From the IMG/VR virus record IMGVR_UViG_3300032258_000002, positions 1 through 51,690 of that record: 51,690 nucleotides of DNA; one strand, 5' to 3'. The stretch is from a virus (lineage: Duplodnaviria; Caudoviricetes). Numbering within the stretch: position 1 is the stretch's first letter; every line of letters begins with the position of its first letter. Of this stretch, positions 17,412 to 27,041 are shown in pieces. Position numbers and translations under genes: made by a program. Under the pieces are notes generated by a model. That model saw only the letters and a list, made by a program, of their open reading frames with translations, ran no database searches and was not told the DNA's origin.

Positions 17412-18994
17412 TATTCCTCCAGCATCATTGCCATTTCACGAAGGGCAAAACATTTCTCTAGGGTGTCAGTTTCATCCTTATCATCACGGAATTCCATGAA
17501 GCGTGGGTGAGAAAGAGCATGATAATCATTACCGCGAGCCTGTGACAGATCGTTGAACTGGACAGTCATAACCTGACCGAGATATTTTTCAGGATTTTCA
17601 GTCATGTCATCAAGCAGCTCATCAGAGAAGCCTGAAGTACGGCCCTTGATTGTGCCCTCGTCATTTCCGAAGATGATGGCACCAACCTTGCCGTCGCGTT
17701 TAGAACCAACCCGACCTGGAGCAAAGTCAAGAACTCTCATTTCTGCATCAATGCAGAGTTTCAGTTTCAACTGGTCTCCACTTGTACCATCCTTGAAAAT
17801 TCCGTTGAAGTTCTTAAGAACACCACCTTCCATTCCAAGGTTCATCCAAATTGAGGTCTGTTCCAAAGCCTGTTTCAGGTTATTCACTACCTTGTACTCG
17901 ATAACGCGAATGTTATCTGAACCATCAAGAATCTTGAGAAGAGCAGCAAATCGAGCCTTATATGGAGTCTTCGGAGTATTAGCCTCGATGGTAACTACAT
18001 TTTCTTTTTTCTGATTTACAGTCAGATTCTTAAACTGCTCTTTACTAATCTTACCAGCATCAAATTCAGCTTTGATGGCTTTTACCTTTTCAGAGCACTG
18101 TGTCTTGATACGTTTCAGATTTGCAGCAAGTTTGTAATCATCAAGAGTGATGTAATCCCACACGTCGAACACAATATCATCATGTGGTGGAGTACTAGAG
18201 TTAATAATGCCGTTGCCAATGCTGCGTGGAAGGATGTATTCCTCACCTGCCGCTTTCTTTCGGGCATATGTTGAGATTGCCTCTTCATAGGCTTCAGTAG
18301 GATTTCCCTTCTTGAGAGCAACTTCGAGTTGTTTCTCAACATCCTCGATTAGTGCATCAGTACAGCGAACTGTTAGCTCACCAGTATAAACACCGGGCTC
18401 GAAGTTTTTCATCATGTTGAAGTGAACTGGGTACTCGTAAGATTCACCACTTCGTGAATTTGCGGTAACATCACCATTCACAGTGAACTCACGGTATGTA
18501 CCGTCAGCTTTCAACTGAATATATGCAGGGAATGAGATGTTCTTTTTGGATTTTTCACCGTAGGTATCACAACGCATGTAAACCTGCTTTGAGATTAGGT
18601 CAGGCCACACCTTTAACATCTGTGTGCGGCCTACGTTGCAACGGATATTTCGTTCAAGAATCTTCTTGAATACGTTAGAATCACCGGCATCAAGAGCACA
18701 AATACAATTAATAGCTGTACGAAGAGCATCGTGTCCGGTTAGTGCACCGGTTCCAAGGTCATTTTCGAGAACATCTAGAGCTGTGTCTAGTGAAATCGGG
18801 AGGAGTTCCTCATCCGGTGTGAATTTGAGTACGTTCTGAAGAGATACACCGTAGGTAAACGCTACGCGATCATAAGTCAAGCGCAGAACTCTCTGGAGTT
18901 GGGCGTGATCTTTATATTTTTTCAGAACTTCGAGTTTATAGTTCGTTGAGTTGTTTTCAAGTAACTCTTCGAAAATTTCATTTACTGTAGCCAT
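17411..18994 (-). CDS. gp30: ATP-dependent DNA ligase
   Basis: QLKADG adenylation motif, GELTV, FDVWD, EGGVLKN, KLK, SHPRFMEFRDDK. Confidence 0.95.
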   Translation of the reverse strand: MATVNEIFEELLENNSTNYKLEVLKKYKDHAQLQRVLRLTYDRVAFTYGVSLQNVLKFTPDEELLPISLDTALDVLENDLGTGALTGHDALRTAINCICALDAGDSNVFKKILERNIRCNVGRTQMLKVWPDLISKQVYMRCDTYGEKSKKNISFPAYIQLKADGTYREFTVNGDVTANSRSGESYEYPVHFNMMKNFEPGVYTGELTVRCTDALIEDVEKQLEVALKKGNPTEAYEEAISTYARKKAAGEEYILPRSIGNGIINSSTPPHDDIVFDVWDYITLDDYKLAANLKRIKTQCSEKVKAIKAEFDAGKISKEQFKNLTVNQKKENVVTIEANTPKTPYKARFAALLKILDGSDNIRVIEYKVVNNLKQALEQTSIWMNLGMEGGVLKNFNGIFKDGTSGDQLKLKLCIDAEMRVLDFAPGRVGSKRDGKVGAIIFGNDEGTIKGRTSGFSDELLDDMTENPEKYLGQVMTVQFNDLSQARGNDYHALSHPRFMEFRDDKDETDTLEKCFALREMAMMLEE

Positions 18995-19030
18995 GTGTTA
19001 TCCTCATATAAAGTTTTTCTCTATATGAAT

Positions 19031-19059
19031 ATTCTAACACGTAATTGGTTAAAAGTCAA
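19031..19059 (-). promoter_or_regulatory. Hybrid promoter: TTGACT-17-TAGAAT plus TTAACC at the N10 position
   Basis: Carries both promoter-class signatures upstream of ligase. Confidence 0.75.
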
Positions 19060-19075
19060 CCATTTTTTTTATTTT

Positions 19076-20452
19076 TTATACGATCTCTCGCCATGAGATA
19101 GCTGCTCGAACATTAGCTGATCCACCGAGACCCATAGCTGCAAGAGTGATTGTATCTCTATGTCCATCAGGAGGAATAACCATAACGAAACCAATGTCGT
19201 CAGAACCTACAGTAGAACCTCGAACGCCTCCACTAGGAGCGAATCCTTCCATAATCGCACGACCAGCTTCAGTTGGAGTAGTCGAGATAATTGATCCAAC
19301 AGCAGGAGTTCCAACATGAGTCTCTGCGATAGAGTCTCCCACAACTGAATCGTGTGAAGTAAATGAAACGGGAGTTACTTCGGTTGCATCTGTGTAGATA
19401 GTCGCATCTTCAAGAATAGTCCAATGTACGCTGTTCACATTGTCAGCGTTGAGTATGTCAATATTTAGAGCAATCATTGTCGCTTTGTTGGGCTTTCCGT
19501 TCACAAGAAGAGCTGGTCGAATAGAGATAATTGGAGTTAATACACCATTGGCGCATAGAACTGTTGCATTGTCTGTCGAAGCTGAACGAAGAACACCACG
19601 TTTTTCATAGCCGCCTTCAGAGAAAGCCGCGCAACAAATCTGCTTCATTGTTCCACCAACACCAGAAGAGATGTTTTCAATCTCGTATGCAAGGAAGAGA
19701 TTAGGGTTCGCCATGTAGACGATTGAATCAATATTCGCGTGATTCACTTCATGCACATAGTAAACGATTCCGTCGATGTCAAGTCCAAAACGTACTCGAC
19801 CAACGCCGAGCCACTGAAAGTCGATGATGAAGATATGAGCTTTAGTCGGGTCGATTGCTGGTCCACGATATGCTCCAGTACCATCCATCTTATCAAGATT
19901 CCAAGATGACTGCGGAAAGCTATTCTCAGCAGCTGTTCCAGAAGTAGATGTACGAATACATGCTCCAAATTGAGTTCCGTCAGAGTAGAAGAACAGACCA
20001 TCGTCATCGTCGAATAATCCAATGCGCTTAGTGATACCAGCTTCATGTCCTTCGAAGTTGCCAGTAAGAACGCAAAGCATTGAACGACCAGGTTGATAGT
20101 TAATGCGTTGTGTTGAGAAGTGTTGCATCTTCGAGCCGATTGTCGAAGTCACGTTTAGAGATAGAGAAGCTTCAGCAAGATTCTCAGTAATCGTTCCACC
20201 TAGTGTTGGAACCGGATGAAAAATATGATCACGAAGACCATAGATAAACGAAGCTTCAAATACTGAGTGAGGATTTGATACGCGAAGACGAGAGAATGCA
20301 TCAACCGAAGCTGAGTCTCCAAACTTAACAGGTGCTGGGTTACCTGCAGTAATTAGGTCCCCATCTGCATCTGCTGCCATGTTTACATCAAATCTTGTAT
20401 TATTTCGCTCAATGTATTTCTGTTGTTCAATATCATACTGTGGCATATACAC
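19076..20452 (-). CDS. Probable virion structural protein (beta-rich, possibly lectin-like)
   Basis: DAFSRLRVSNP, YQPGRS, QSSWNLDKMDGTG, IDFQWLGVGRVRFG motifs of a widespread viral family; late promoter upstream. Confidence 0.65.
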   Translation of the reverse strand: MYMPQYDIEQQKYIERNNTRFDVNMAADADGDLITAGNPAPVKFGDSASVDAFSRLRVSNPHSVFEASFIYGLRDHIFHPVPTLGGTITENLAEASLSLNVTSTIGSKMQHFSTQRINYQPGRSMLCVLTGNFEGHEAGITKRIGLFDDDDGLFFYSDGTQFGACIRTSTSGTAAENSFPQSSWNLDKMDGTGAYRGPAIDPTKAHIFIIDFQWLGVGRVRFGLDIDGIVYYVHEVNHANIDSIVYMANPNLFLAYEIENISSGVGGTMKQICCAAFSEGGYEKRGVLRSASTDNATVLCANGVLTPIISIRPALLVNGKPNKATMIALNIDILNADNVNSVHWTILEDATIYTDATEVTPVSFTSHDSVVGDSIAETHVGTPAVGSIISTTPTEAGRAIMEGFAPSGGVRGSTVGSDDIGFVMVIPPDGHRDTITLAAMGLGGSANVRAAISWREIV

Positions 20453-20465
20453 GTACCTCTAATTG

Positions 20466-20493
20466 TATTTATAAAATCATTAAAATATAAATA
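20466..20493. promoter_or_regulatory. Divergent pair of late promoters
   Basis: TATAAATA on minus at 20466-20473 and on plus at 20486-20493. Confidence 0.75.
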
Positions 20494-20509
20494 ACACAAG
20501 AGGTTCAAT

Positions 20510-20770
20510 ATGAGCAATTTTCATTCATTTCTAGCAGAAAGTAAAGCCGATATTAAAGATTTCCCTCAGGATATTCAGAAGCTTATTGATATGCTTCCAA
20601 TTAGAAATCCTAAGGTTGTTGAGCTTAGTAGTACAACTGCTGGTGTTTCAATTGATATTAATATGCTCATGATTGACGATCTGGAAAGAATTGTTAAAGA
20701 AGGTAAGAAATACAGAGCTCATGTTGCCAACCGTAACGGCAAACTTATGCTGTTGTTCACTCTAAAATAG
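20510..20770 (+). CDS. Putative internal head protein
   Basis: MSNFHSFLAESK CTS-like start; own late promoter and GAGG RBS. Confidence 0.65.
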   Translation: MSNFHSFLAESKADIKDFPQDIQKLIDMLPIRNPKVVELSSTTAGVSIDINMLMIDDLERIVKEGKKYRAHVANRNGKLMLLFTLK

Positions 20771-22267
20771 GTTATAGTCGACTTCTTTAACTGGGTATTC
20801 TTCAGTATTGTAGCTTGTGTTCTTTCTGTGCACGTACTGCTTATAGAAAATCCCACCGGGCTTCCTAATACCAAAATCATCGATTAAATCATACACATTA
20901 GCTCTTAGCTTACCAGGAAACAGTCTCATCAGTCTACCAATGGACTGAGTTACAGTTGTGTAAGACTTCAATGGGCTAGCTAAAATCATGTTGAACAATC
21001 TCTTGATATTCACACCAGTACTCAGAATAGCATAATTAGCAATTAATGTAGCATCGTGGTGTTCCTCAAGAATTTTTCTTGTGAGCTCACGAGTCTTAGC
21101 ATCATCCTCTCCGTTCAAGAAATACACTCCGTACTTCTCTTGGAACTCGAAAGATTTCTTACCTGTGATATCCTTATTCATCACTTCTACATCTGGGTAC
21201 AGTCGCTGCATTGTATCATAGAATAAAGCCTTTCCGTGCTCTGTATGCTGGAACAGAACAAGTGTGTTCCCGTGCCCCTTGAGCTTACAGGTTAGATTTA
21301 CAATGAACTCATTACGTTTCTCATGGTCCTTGATGAACTTCAACTGCTTAGGATACTGCCCAACTTCTTTGAACTCTGCCTTATCAGTACTCTTGTACTT
21401 GAAGATAATTGAGTTGATATAGATAGGAGTAGCTAGTCCTCGGTCAATCAGCTGTCTGGATGTGATATATGTCTTGGGAAGTCCGAACAATCCGAACATC
21501 TCCATTTTAGCTATTGGGCTATCAGGTACAGTACCAGTAAAGCCCCACTTGTACTTACAGTTCACAGTCTTCTTAACAATATCACCAGTTTCATCTGATG
21601 TGAATCTATGAGCTTCATCACAAATCACATAGTCAAGTTGGTCAAGTTCATCCTTAAAGTTCATCATCGACTGCCATGTTGAGATAGTGAGATGATTATT
21701 GAAGTGCTTGATTGATTGTCCACCACCAATCACATGAGTATCACTATGCAGGTCTTGTAACTGGTAGTCGTGGATGTCATTCTTGAACTGAGTGAGCAGA
21801 TTGATATTCGGTACTAGGAGAAGTCCTCTCTTGCCTTTTCTTCTGAAGAATTCAGCCATTAATGAGATTGTCATCGACTTGCCTGAGCCGGTGCACATTT
21901 TATTCACCTGCTTAACATTAAGAATAGATTCTTTAAATGCTGTTATCTGAAAGTCATACGGAGGGAAAGGTAACTCAGGAGTAATATCAGCAAGGAACTC
22001 ATCGAGCTCAGCTTCTGTATAATCAGATTGTAATACTTCTGACTGCACTCCGAACTGTCCTAATAGCTGGAGATGTCCGTTCATTATCAGCAGTTTCTTA
22101 TTCTGGATAGATGCAAAATAATCATACGGAGACTTCATACCGGCCTTTACTAAAGGCTCGAAATACGCACCGGGTCTCTCTACTTTAAGAAAATCATTAA
22201 TAGCAGATAGCTGTTCAAACGTTCCGTCTATATATGAGTAACTCTCATTGAGCTTTACTACATTCAT
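20762..22267 (-). CDS. uvsW: UvsW-like SF2 DNA helicase
   Basis: CTGSGKS, DEAH, GFTGT, STGVNI, QSIGRLMR, VYDLIDDF. Confidence 0.93.
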   Translation of the reverse strand: MNVVKLNESYSYIDGTFEQLSAINDFLKVERPGAYFEPLVKAGMKSPYDYFASIQNKKLLIMNGHLQLLGQFGVQSEVLQSDYTEAELDEFLADITPELPFPPYDFQITAFKESILNVKQVNKMCTGSGKSMTISLMAEFFRRKGKRGLLLVPNINLLTQFKNDIHDYQLQDLHSDTHVIGGGQSIKHFNNHLTISTWQSMMNFKDELDQLDYVICDEAHRFTSDETGDIVKKTVNCKYKWGFTGTVPDSPIAKMEMFGLFGLPKTYITSRQLIDRGLATPIYINSIIFKYKSTDKAEFKEVGQYPKQLKFIKDHEKRNEFIVNLTCKLKGHGNTLVLFQHTEHGKALFYDTMQRLYPDVEVMNKDITGKKSFEFQEKYGVYFLNGEDDAKTRELTRKILEEHHDATLIANYAILSTGVNIKRLFNMILASPLKSYTTVTQSIGRLMRLFPGKLRANVYDLIDDFGIRKPGGIFYKQYVHRKNTSYNTEEYPVKEVDYNLF

Positions 22268-22461
22268 ATCAAGTACTCCGCAAATGCTGTTCTGAATTCC
22301 TGCTCAGTAATACCGTACTCTTGTTCAAGAAGCTGATTGAGTACTTCTTTTAAAATGTTCTCTTGTTTTTCTTCTTGTACATATTCCATTTCTATTTTGA
22401 CGTGCAGGGTGGTGCTAAGAAAGCTATCTTCCCTTTCTATGCTTAAAGTTTCCACACTCAT
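22264..22461 (-). CDS. Small protein, PEYFI-tail family
   Basis: Ends YGITEQEFRTAFAEYLI; ATGA-coupled to uvsW. Confidence 0.75.
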   Translation of the reverse strand: MSVETLSIEREDSFLSTTLHVKIEMEYVQEEKQENILKEVLNQLLEQEYGITEQEFRTAFAEYLI

Positions 22462-22655
22462 ATAAGTTTCTCTGCGAATTGATTCTTGAACTCTTCTTCT
22501 GTTATTCCGTATTTCTCTTGGATTATAGCCATTGCTATATCTACTTCATCTACTATATTGTGCGAAGCCTGTCCGTAGACTGTTAAACCAATCTCGAGTT
22601 TAACAGGAGTCATGCCATATCCGCCCTCGAATCTTTTTTCGCTTAAAACTATCAT
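22458..22655 (-). CDS. Small protein, PEYFI-tail family
   Basis: Ends YGITEEEFKNQFAEKLI. Confidence 0.75.
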   Translation of the reverse strand: MIVLSEKRFEGGYGMTPVKLEIGLTVYGQASHNIVDEVDIAMAIIQEKYGITEEEFKNQFAEKLI

Positions 22656-22960
22656 ACAAAGTACTCCGGAATTTTATCTTTAGCTTCTTCTATAGCTTTT
22701 TTAATGCACATAGCGTTCTCTTTCTCGAAATTTACATCAGTGACTAAGACAAGCTCAAAATGGTCAGGTAGATACCCACCACCACTAGCAACTATTGATT
22801 CTTTAGACCAGAGAGCGATAAGTCCTTCTTTTTCATAATCATCTCCAGATTCAAAAAGCCAGTCTGTATATTTCCCAAGAATTAATTCATTACTTTTATG
22901 ATTTGGGGTAAAGAAAGCCAGTCGCTTGTTGTGATTCTTTGCATATTCTTCAAATGTCAT
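22652..22960 (-). CDS. Small protein, PEYFI-tail family
   Basis: Ends IPEYFV. Confidence 0.75.
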   Translation of the reverse strand: MTFEEYAKNHNKRLAFFTPNHKSNELILGKYTDWLFESGDDYEKEGLIALWSKESIVASGGGYLPDHFELVLVTDVNFEKENAMCIKKAIEEAKDKIPEYFV

Positions 22961-23247
22961 ACGAAGTACTCAGGGTATAATTCCATCATCTCAGGTAGAA
23001 ATTCATGAACGTTATCTATCCAATGTCTTTTAGTTTTCGGTCGTGTTTTAAGCTCAGCTATGATCTTAATACCATCATTATATATCCCACCAACAAGCAT
23101 TTGTGGGTTAGAAGTCCATGAACAAAATATAGCTTCATTTACCTCATCATTAAAGAAATTTGTCGGTATCCCAAGCTGTATATTATTACCGAAACAATCA
23201 TGTTTAAATAGATAAGCAGTTTCTAGTTTACAATCTTCTATTTTCAT
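22957..23247 (-). CDS. Small protein, PEYFI-tail family
   Basis: Start re-called at MKIEDC (ATGA overlap); ends YPEYFV. Confidence 0.75.
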   Translation of the reverse strand: MKIEDCKLETAYLFKHDCFGNNIQLGIPTNFFNDEVNEAIFCSWTSNPQMLVGGIYNDGIKIIAELKTRPKTKRHWIDNVHEFLPEMMELYPEYFV

Positions 23248-23447
23248 ATGAAGTACTCTGGACATTCTTCTTTAATTTCATGATATGCTATTTGTCCAGC
23301 AGCACTACCGGATTTAACAGGGCAGGCAGCCTGCAACCGGCATAGAGTACAACTTCCAATATTGCATGAGAATCTACCACCACGAATTTCAAAATCACCC
23401 ATGAGTAAATTTGTTTTAATAATTTCATTGTAAATTGTGTTTTTCAT
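23244..23447 (-). CDS. Small 4-Cys protein, PEYFI-tail family
   Basis: Start re-called at MKNTIY; CNIGSCTLCRLQAAC; ends CPEYFI. Confidence 0.75.
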   Translation of the reverse strand: MKNTIYNEIIKTNLLMGDFEIRGGRFSCNIGSCTLCRLQAACPVKSGSAAGQIAYHEIKEECPEYFI

Positions 23448-23668
23448 ATGAAGTACTCCGGGAAGAATTTTATTATTCTTTTCTCGTGAGACATATAATC
23501 GCAGCCGTGTTCTCCTTGATTGGTATAATAAGAAAACATACAATTTTTACAAGTAGAAATTGGAGTATTGCAAGGAGAATCTTCATTACTTATAACAAAA
23601 ATTCCCGCATCAACGAGCCTTTTAATCTCTTCTTTGAATTGCTTATCTGTCAAGTCTTGAGCTTTCAT
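23444..23668 (-). CDS. Small 4-Cys protein, PEYFI-tail family
   Basis: CNTPISTCKNC...GC; ends FPEYFI. Confidence 0.75.
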   Translation of the reverse strand: MKAQDLTDKQFKEEIKRLVDAGIFVISNEDSPCNTPISTCKNCMFSYYTNQGEHGCDYMSHEKRIIKFFPEYFI

Positions 23669-23895
23669 ATAAACCTTTCTGGGTATAGTTCTTTGACTGC
23701 ATCTTCTCCATGAGTTTGAACTAAATAGTCCACAGCGATTTCTTCAAGAATATTTTCAATCTGAGGGATGTCGTACATTTCTAAAGTTAAATTTACTTTA
23801 ACTCCACGAACTCCTTGAACCTTCACATTCCTACCCTTAATATTTAATTCCAATGGAGCAGGGTGTTCCATTTCGCAACTTACTAATTGAATCAT
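23665..23895 (-). CDS. Small protein, PEYFI-tail family
   Basis: Ends YPERFI. Confidence 0.75.
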   Translation of the reverse strand: MIQLVSCEMEHPAPLELNIKGRNVKVQGVRGVKVNLTLEMYDIPQIENILEEIAVDYLVQTHGEDAVKELYPERFI

Positions 23896-24092
23896 ATAAA
23901 TTTCTCCGGGAACGCTTTTTTGTATTCATTGAGTGTTATGCCAAGAATATCGCAAGCCATTTCTTGGTTACTAGCATATGATTTGTCTGACTCATAAAGG
24001 CCGGTGTGCTGCGGAAATGGGCTGTGATTAGAATAAACAATTTGAGTTGCGCTGTATGGTTCGTGCCATTGAACCTGAATCAACTTAATCAT
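23892..24092 (-). CDS. Small protein, PEYFI-tail family
   Basis: Ends LGITLNEYKKAFPEKFI. Confidence 0.75.
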   Translation of the reverse strand: MIKLIQVQWHEPYSATQIVYSNHSPFPQHTGLYESDKSYASNQEMACDILGITLNEYKKAFPEKFI

Positions 24093-24325
24093 ATAAAGTA
24101 CTCGGGATACTGTGGTTTAATGTGCTGTATGATATTTGACCAATATTCCGTTGGAACACCGGGACACCTGCTAAGATGTTCAGCAGTAGCTGCCCATTTA
24201 CACCCGTGGCAGGGAATTCGAGCTGCTGACGCGCATCTGAAATTCTCCGAGGAATTAATTTCTAATTTACCTGATTGAAGACACTTAATGGCTTCTTTGT
24301 AATCATCTATTCTAGATGCTGTCAT
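24089..24325 (-). CDS. Small 4-Cys protein, PEYFI-tail family
   Basis: CASAARIPCHGC...RC; ends YPEYFI. Confidence 0.75.
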   Translation of the reverse strand: MTASRIDDYKEAIKCLQSGKLEINSSENFRCASAARIPCHGCKWAATAEHLSRCPGVPTEYWSNIIQHIKPQYPEYFI

Positions 24326-26985
24326 TTTACGTACCCGTAGTATTCTTTAACCATAGGATCGACAACATAACCTCGGTGTCCAACAGAACTTGGGCTATTT
24401 TGCTTTGTAACTCGGTAACCGCATTTGTCCAGAATATGTTTCAGATGTTTATTCTGGTTGATATGCTTAGGCAAGTACTCATCGAAAATTTCTTTCTGCC
24501 CATAAGCAAGAAGAGTGTTGTAGAAATGCAGGTCATCGTTCTGGTTATTGATGACTGATTTGCTCACAAGATGCTTTACATCCGTTTCATCCCAGATTTT
24601 CTTGGTGTAGTTAAACGTAGTCTTGAAGTACTGGCACTTCTTGATAAAAGCATTATCCTTCAGAGCACAATCAAGAATCTTGCTCTTAATTTCAGAAGAG
24701 CACTCCTTGATATCATTGTCGATAACAGCAAGAACACGCATAGTTCTATCAGCATCAGCATCAAGCAACAAAGATGTTTTCTCAATATCATTCAGGGTTA
24801 AGAACTGCTCTACATTACTAACCAGTAGACTCTTCTTATCTTCACGGATTTCCTTCTGGTACTTGTGGAGAACATTACCGCTGAATGTATTGTCAACAAT
24901 TCTTGGTTCTTTCAAGAAATGATACTTCATTAGCCAGAAAGTAGCTTCTTTGTGATTGAACTCTAAGATATTCTTGAATGTATCAATCTTGATAGCTTTT
25001 TTACCAACCCCAGAGAGCTTAGCTTCACCGTAATCATCAACATCGAACAGGTAGTTCTGGTCAATATTTTTACCAATGTTTCCCATGTACTCGTCACGGA
25101 TATCATTATAAGAAGTTTTCAAATAATTGATTTTTTCTTTAATGAACATGTGGATTTCTTTAGTCTTACGAGTACGCTTAATCATCTGAATTGAGCTCAC
25201 TACGTCTGTGCTCATTGACGAGTCCATGTGAAAATGGTACGGCACATCGTTCAAGTTCGACACACCAACAGTCAAGGTGGGGCTATAAATCAACACATCC
25301 CACTTGTCATGTTCCTCTTCTTCAAAGAGCTTATACACTAAGTCCTTGGTACTCTGTGGAGTAGCAGCAGTCAATGTGATAACCTTCTTGCCTCTCTTTT
25401 CAAGTAGCATCTGTAGTGAATTAATGAAAGAAAGACTGGTCGCACTAACTGTAATTTTCTGCTTCTCAGCATGATAAATCAGGGAATTCACAAAGTAATT
25501 ATAGTCGTTGTAGCTGTACAGAGTAGTCGGGTCTCTATAGATGTTATCAATCATGTGGATATTCTTTTCTTTGTTTGAGAGCAAGAAGTTCTCATAACCA
25601 GTTAGAAAAGCATCAGCAATAACGAGTTTCTTATTAAAAGCACCAAAGAATTTAGCTATGTTGATTGAGCTATTTGTTAGGTTTGAGCGGGAGTGCATCA
25701 TCAGGGAGATGAACTCATCCATAATGACCATATCAAAGAACTTGATGTTATATCTCCATAAACTGTCGAACTGACAGATTAGAGAATCTCCAATCTCGTA
25801 CTTATCCTGATTGTACACCTTCATACCGTATTTCTTACCGAAGTCATGAGCTACAGAGATTCTGTTCGTGATAATTAGAACCTTCATGTCCTGCTCATGG
25901 CATTCTTCAATTATATGATTGATGATCGTTGACTTACCTGTACCCATTGGGCTGCGAATAGATAACAGACCGTTCTTGTGAGTAAGGAAGTTCTGAACCG
26001 TGTCCTGCACCTCTGGAGATACTGTAAGATATCTCTCGTTAACTGTGATTACATTAGCGTCAGTATTGAACTGTAAGAACTCATCATCGTAATTGATGTC
26101 TTTCTTCATCAGATCCTTAGCTTGTGGGAGCTTGCGTACTGAATCGAAGATATTTACTGATTTCACACTATTAGCATGATGCATGGTGTACGGACTAGAG
26201 CTGAACCAGAAGTACCCGCCAGGTGATTTCTTTTCAGTTGGGTGCTTGAAACTTATACTATCGTTAGCATTATTTTTAATAGCAGTAAAGCCCATTGTCT
26301 GGAAAACCTTTAAGCAAAGTTTCTCCATTGTATCAGCTTCAATGTTCTCAAGCTCAGAGATAGGAATTTCTAAAGACTCACCGAGGTACTCTTTCTTAAT
26401 CTCGTTGATATGCTCTATGGCTTCTTTACGCTTGAACTTATATCTTACTCCGTCCTCATTATTAAGGAAAACGGTATTTTTAAGAATTGGAGCATTTAGA
26501 CTCGCCTTGCGTACAACGCACTCGTCTAAGGTACACCAATCTTTCAGCTCATGATGAAGTAATGACAGAGCCATTTTTGTGTCTTTAAAGTCAATACATT
26601 CAGTGAACAGAATTCCCTTCATATTGAAGTTGTTGATTCCGTTGTGAGATTTTGATTCTCCAAGAATAACCTTATAGTCTTTGAAGTACTCAATAATCTT
26701 CTGCTTATTGAACTCTGAAGTTACTCCATCAATATCAAGAATAAAGTACGACTGACAGTGATGGTAGTACGGGTCAAGATTAGCCTTACGTCTAAAGGTT
26801 CTGGTAGGCTGTTCTAATTTGTGAAGTGGGATATTAAGAATGAAGTGCGAAACCATAACGCTGTACATCTGAAGATTTGAATTAGCTTCATATGTTTCAA
26901 AAACGTATGTGTTGTCTTCGTAGGGTGAGTAAGGGGTTTTTCCTTTGCTATTCTGCGCGTGGAAAATCGTAATTTTCTCGTTCAT
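24322..26985 (-). CDS. Origin-binding-protein-like (UL9-type) SF2 helicase with N-terminal AEP/PrimPol-like domain
   Basis: SPMGTGKST Walker A, IMDEF, SPTLTVGVS, QMIKRTR; N-terminal FILDID and ESKSH motifs. Confidence 0.75.
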   Translation of the reverse strand: MNEKITIFHAQNSKGKTPYSPYEDNTYVFETYEANSNLQMYSVMVSHFILNIPLHKLEQPTRTFRRKANLDPYYHHCQSYFILDIDGVTSEFNKQKIIEYFKDYKVILGESKSHNGINNFNMKGILFTECIDFKDTKMALSLLHHELKDWCTLDECVVRKASLNAPILKNTVFLNNEDGVRYKFKRKEAIEHINEIKKEYLGESLEIPISELENIEADTMEKLCLKVFQTMGFTAIKNNANDSISFKHPTEKKSPGGYFWFSSSPYTMHHANSVKSVNIFDSVRKLPQAKDLMKKDINYDDEFLQFNTDANVITVNERYLTVSPEVQDTVQNFLTHKNGLLSIRSPMGTGKSTIINHIIEECHEQDMKVLIITNRISVAHDFGKKYGMKVYNQDKYEIGDSLICQFDSLWRYNIKFFDMVIMDEFISLMMHSRSNLTNSSINIAKFFGAFNKKLVIADAFLTGYENFLLSNKEKNIHMIDNIYRDPTTLYSYNDYNYFVNSLIYHAEKQKITVSATSLSFINSLQMLLEKRGKKVITLTAATPQSTKDLVYKLFEEEEHDKWDVLIYSPTLTVGVSNLNDVPYHFHMDSSMSTDVVSSIQMIKRTRKTKEIHMFIKEKINYLKTSYNDIRDEYMGNIGKNIDQNYLFDVDDYGEAKLSGVGKKAIKIDTFKNILEFNHKEATFWLMKYHFLKEPRIVDNTFSGNVLHKYQKEIREDKKSLLVSNVEQFLTLNDIEKTSLLLDADADRTMRVLAVIDNDIKECSSEIKSKILDCALKDNAFIKKCQYFKTTFNYTKKIWDETDVKHLVSKSVINNQNDDLHFYNTLLAYGQKEIFDEYLPKHINQNKHLKHILDKCGYRVTKQNSPSSVGHRGYVVDPMVKEYYGYVK

Positions 26986-27011
26986 ATCTATCCTTTAGTA
27001 GTGTTATGATT

Positions 27012-27033
27012 ATTATATCACAACAATGGTTAA
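27012..27033 (-). promoter_or_regulatory. Class II promoter TTAACC-N10-TATAAT
   Basis: Upstream of the helicase fusion. Confidence 0.65.
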
Positions 27034-27041
27034 GAAAACCG

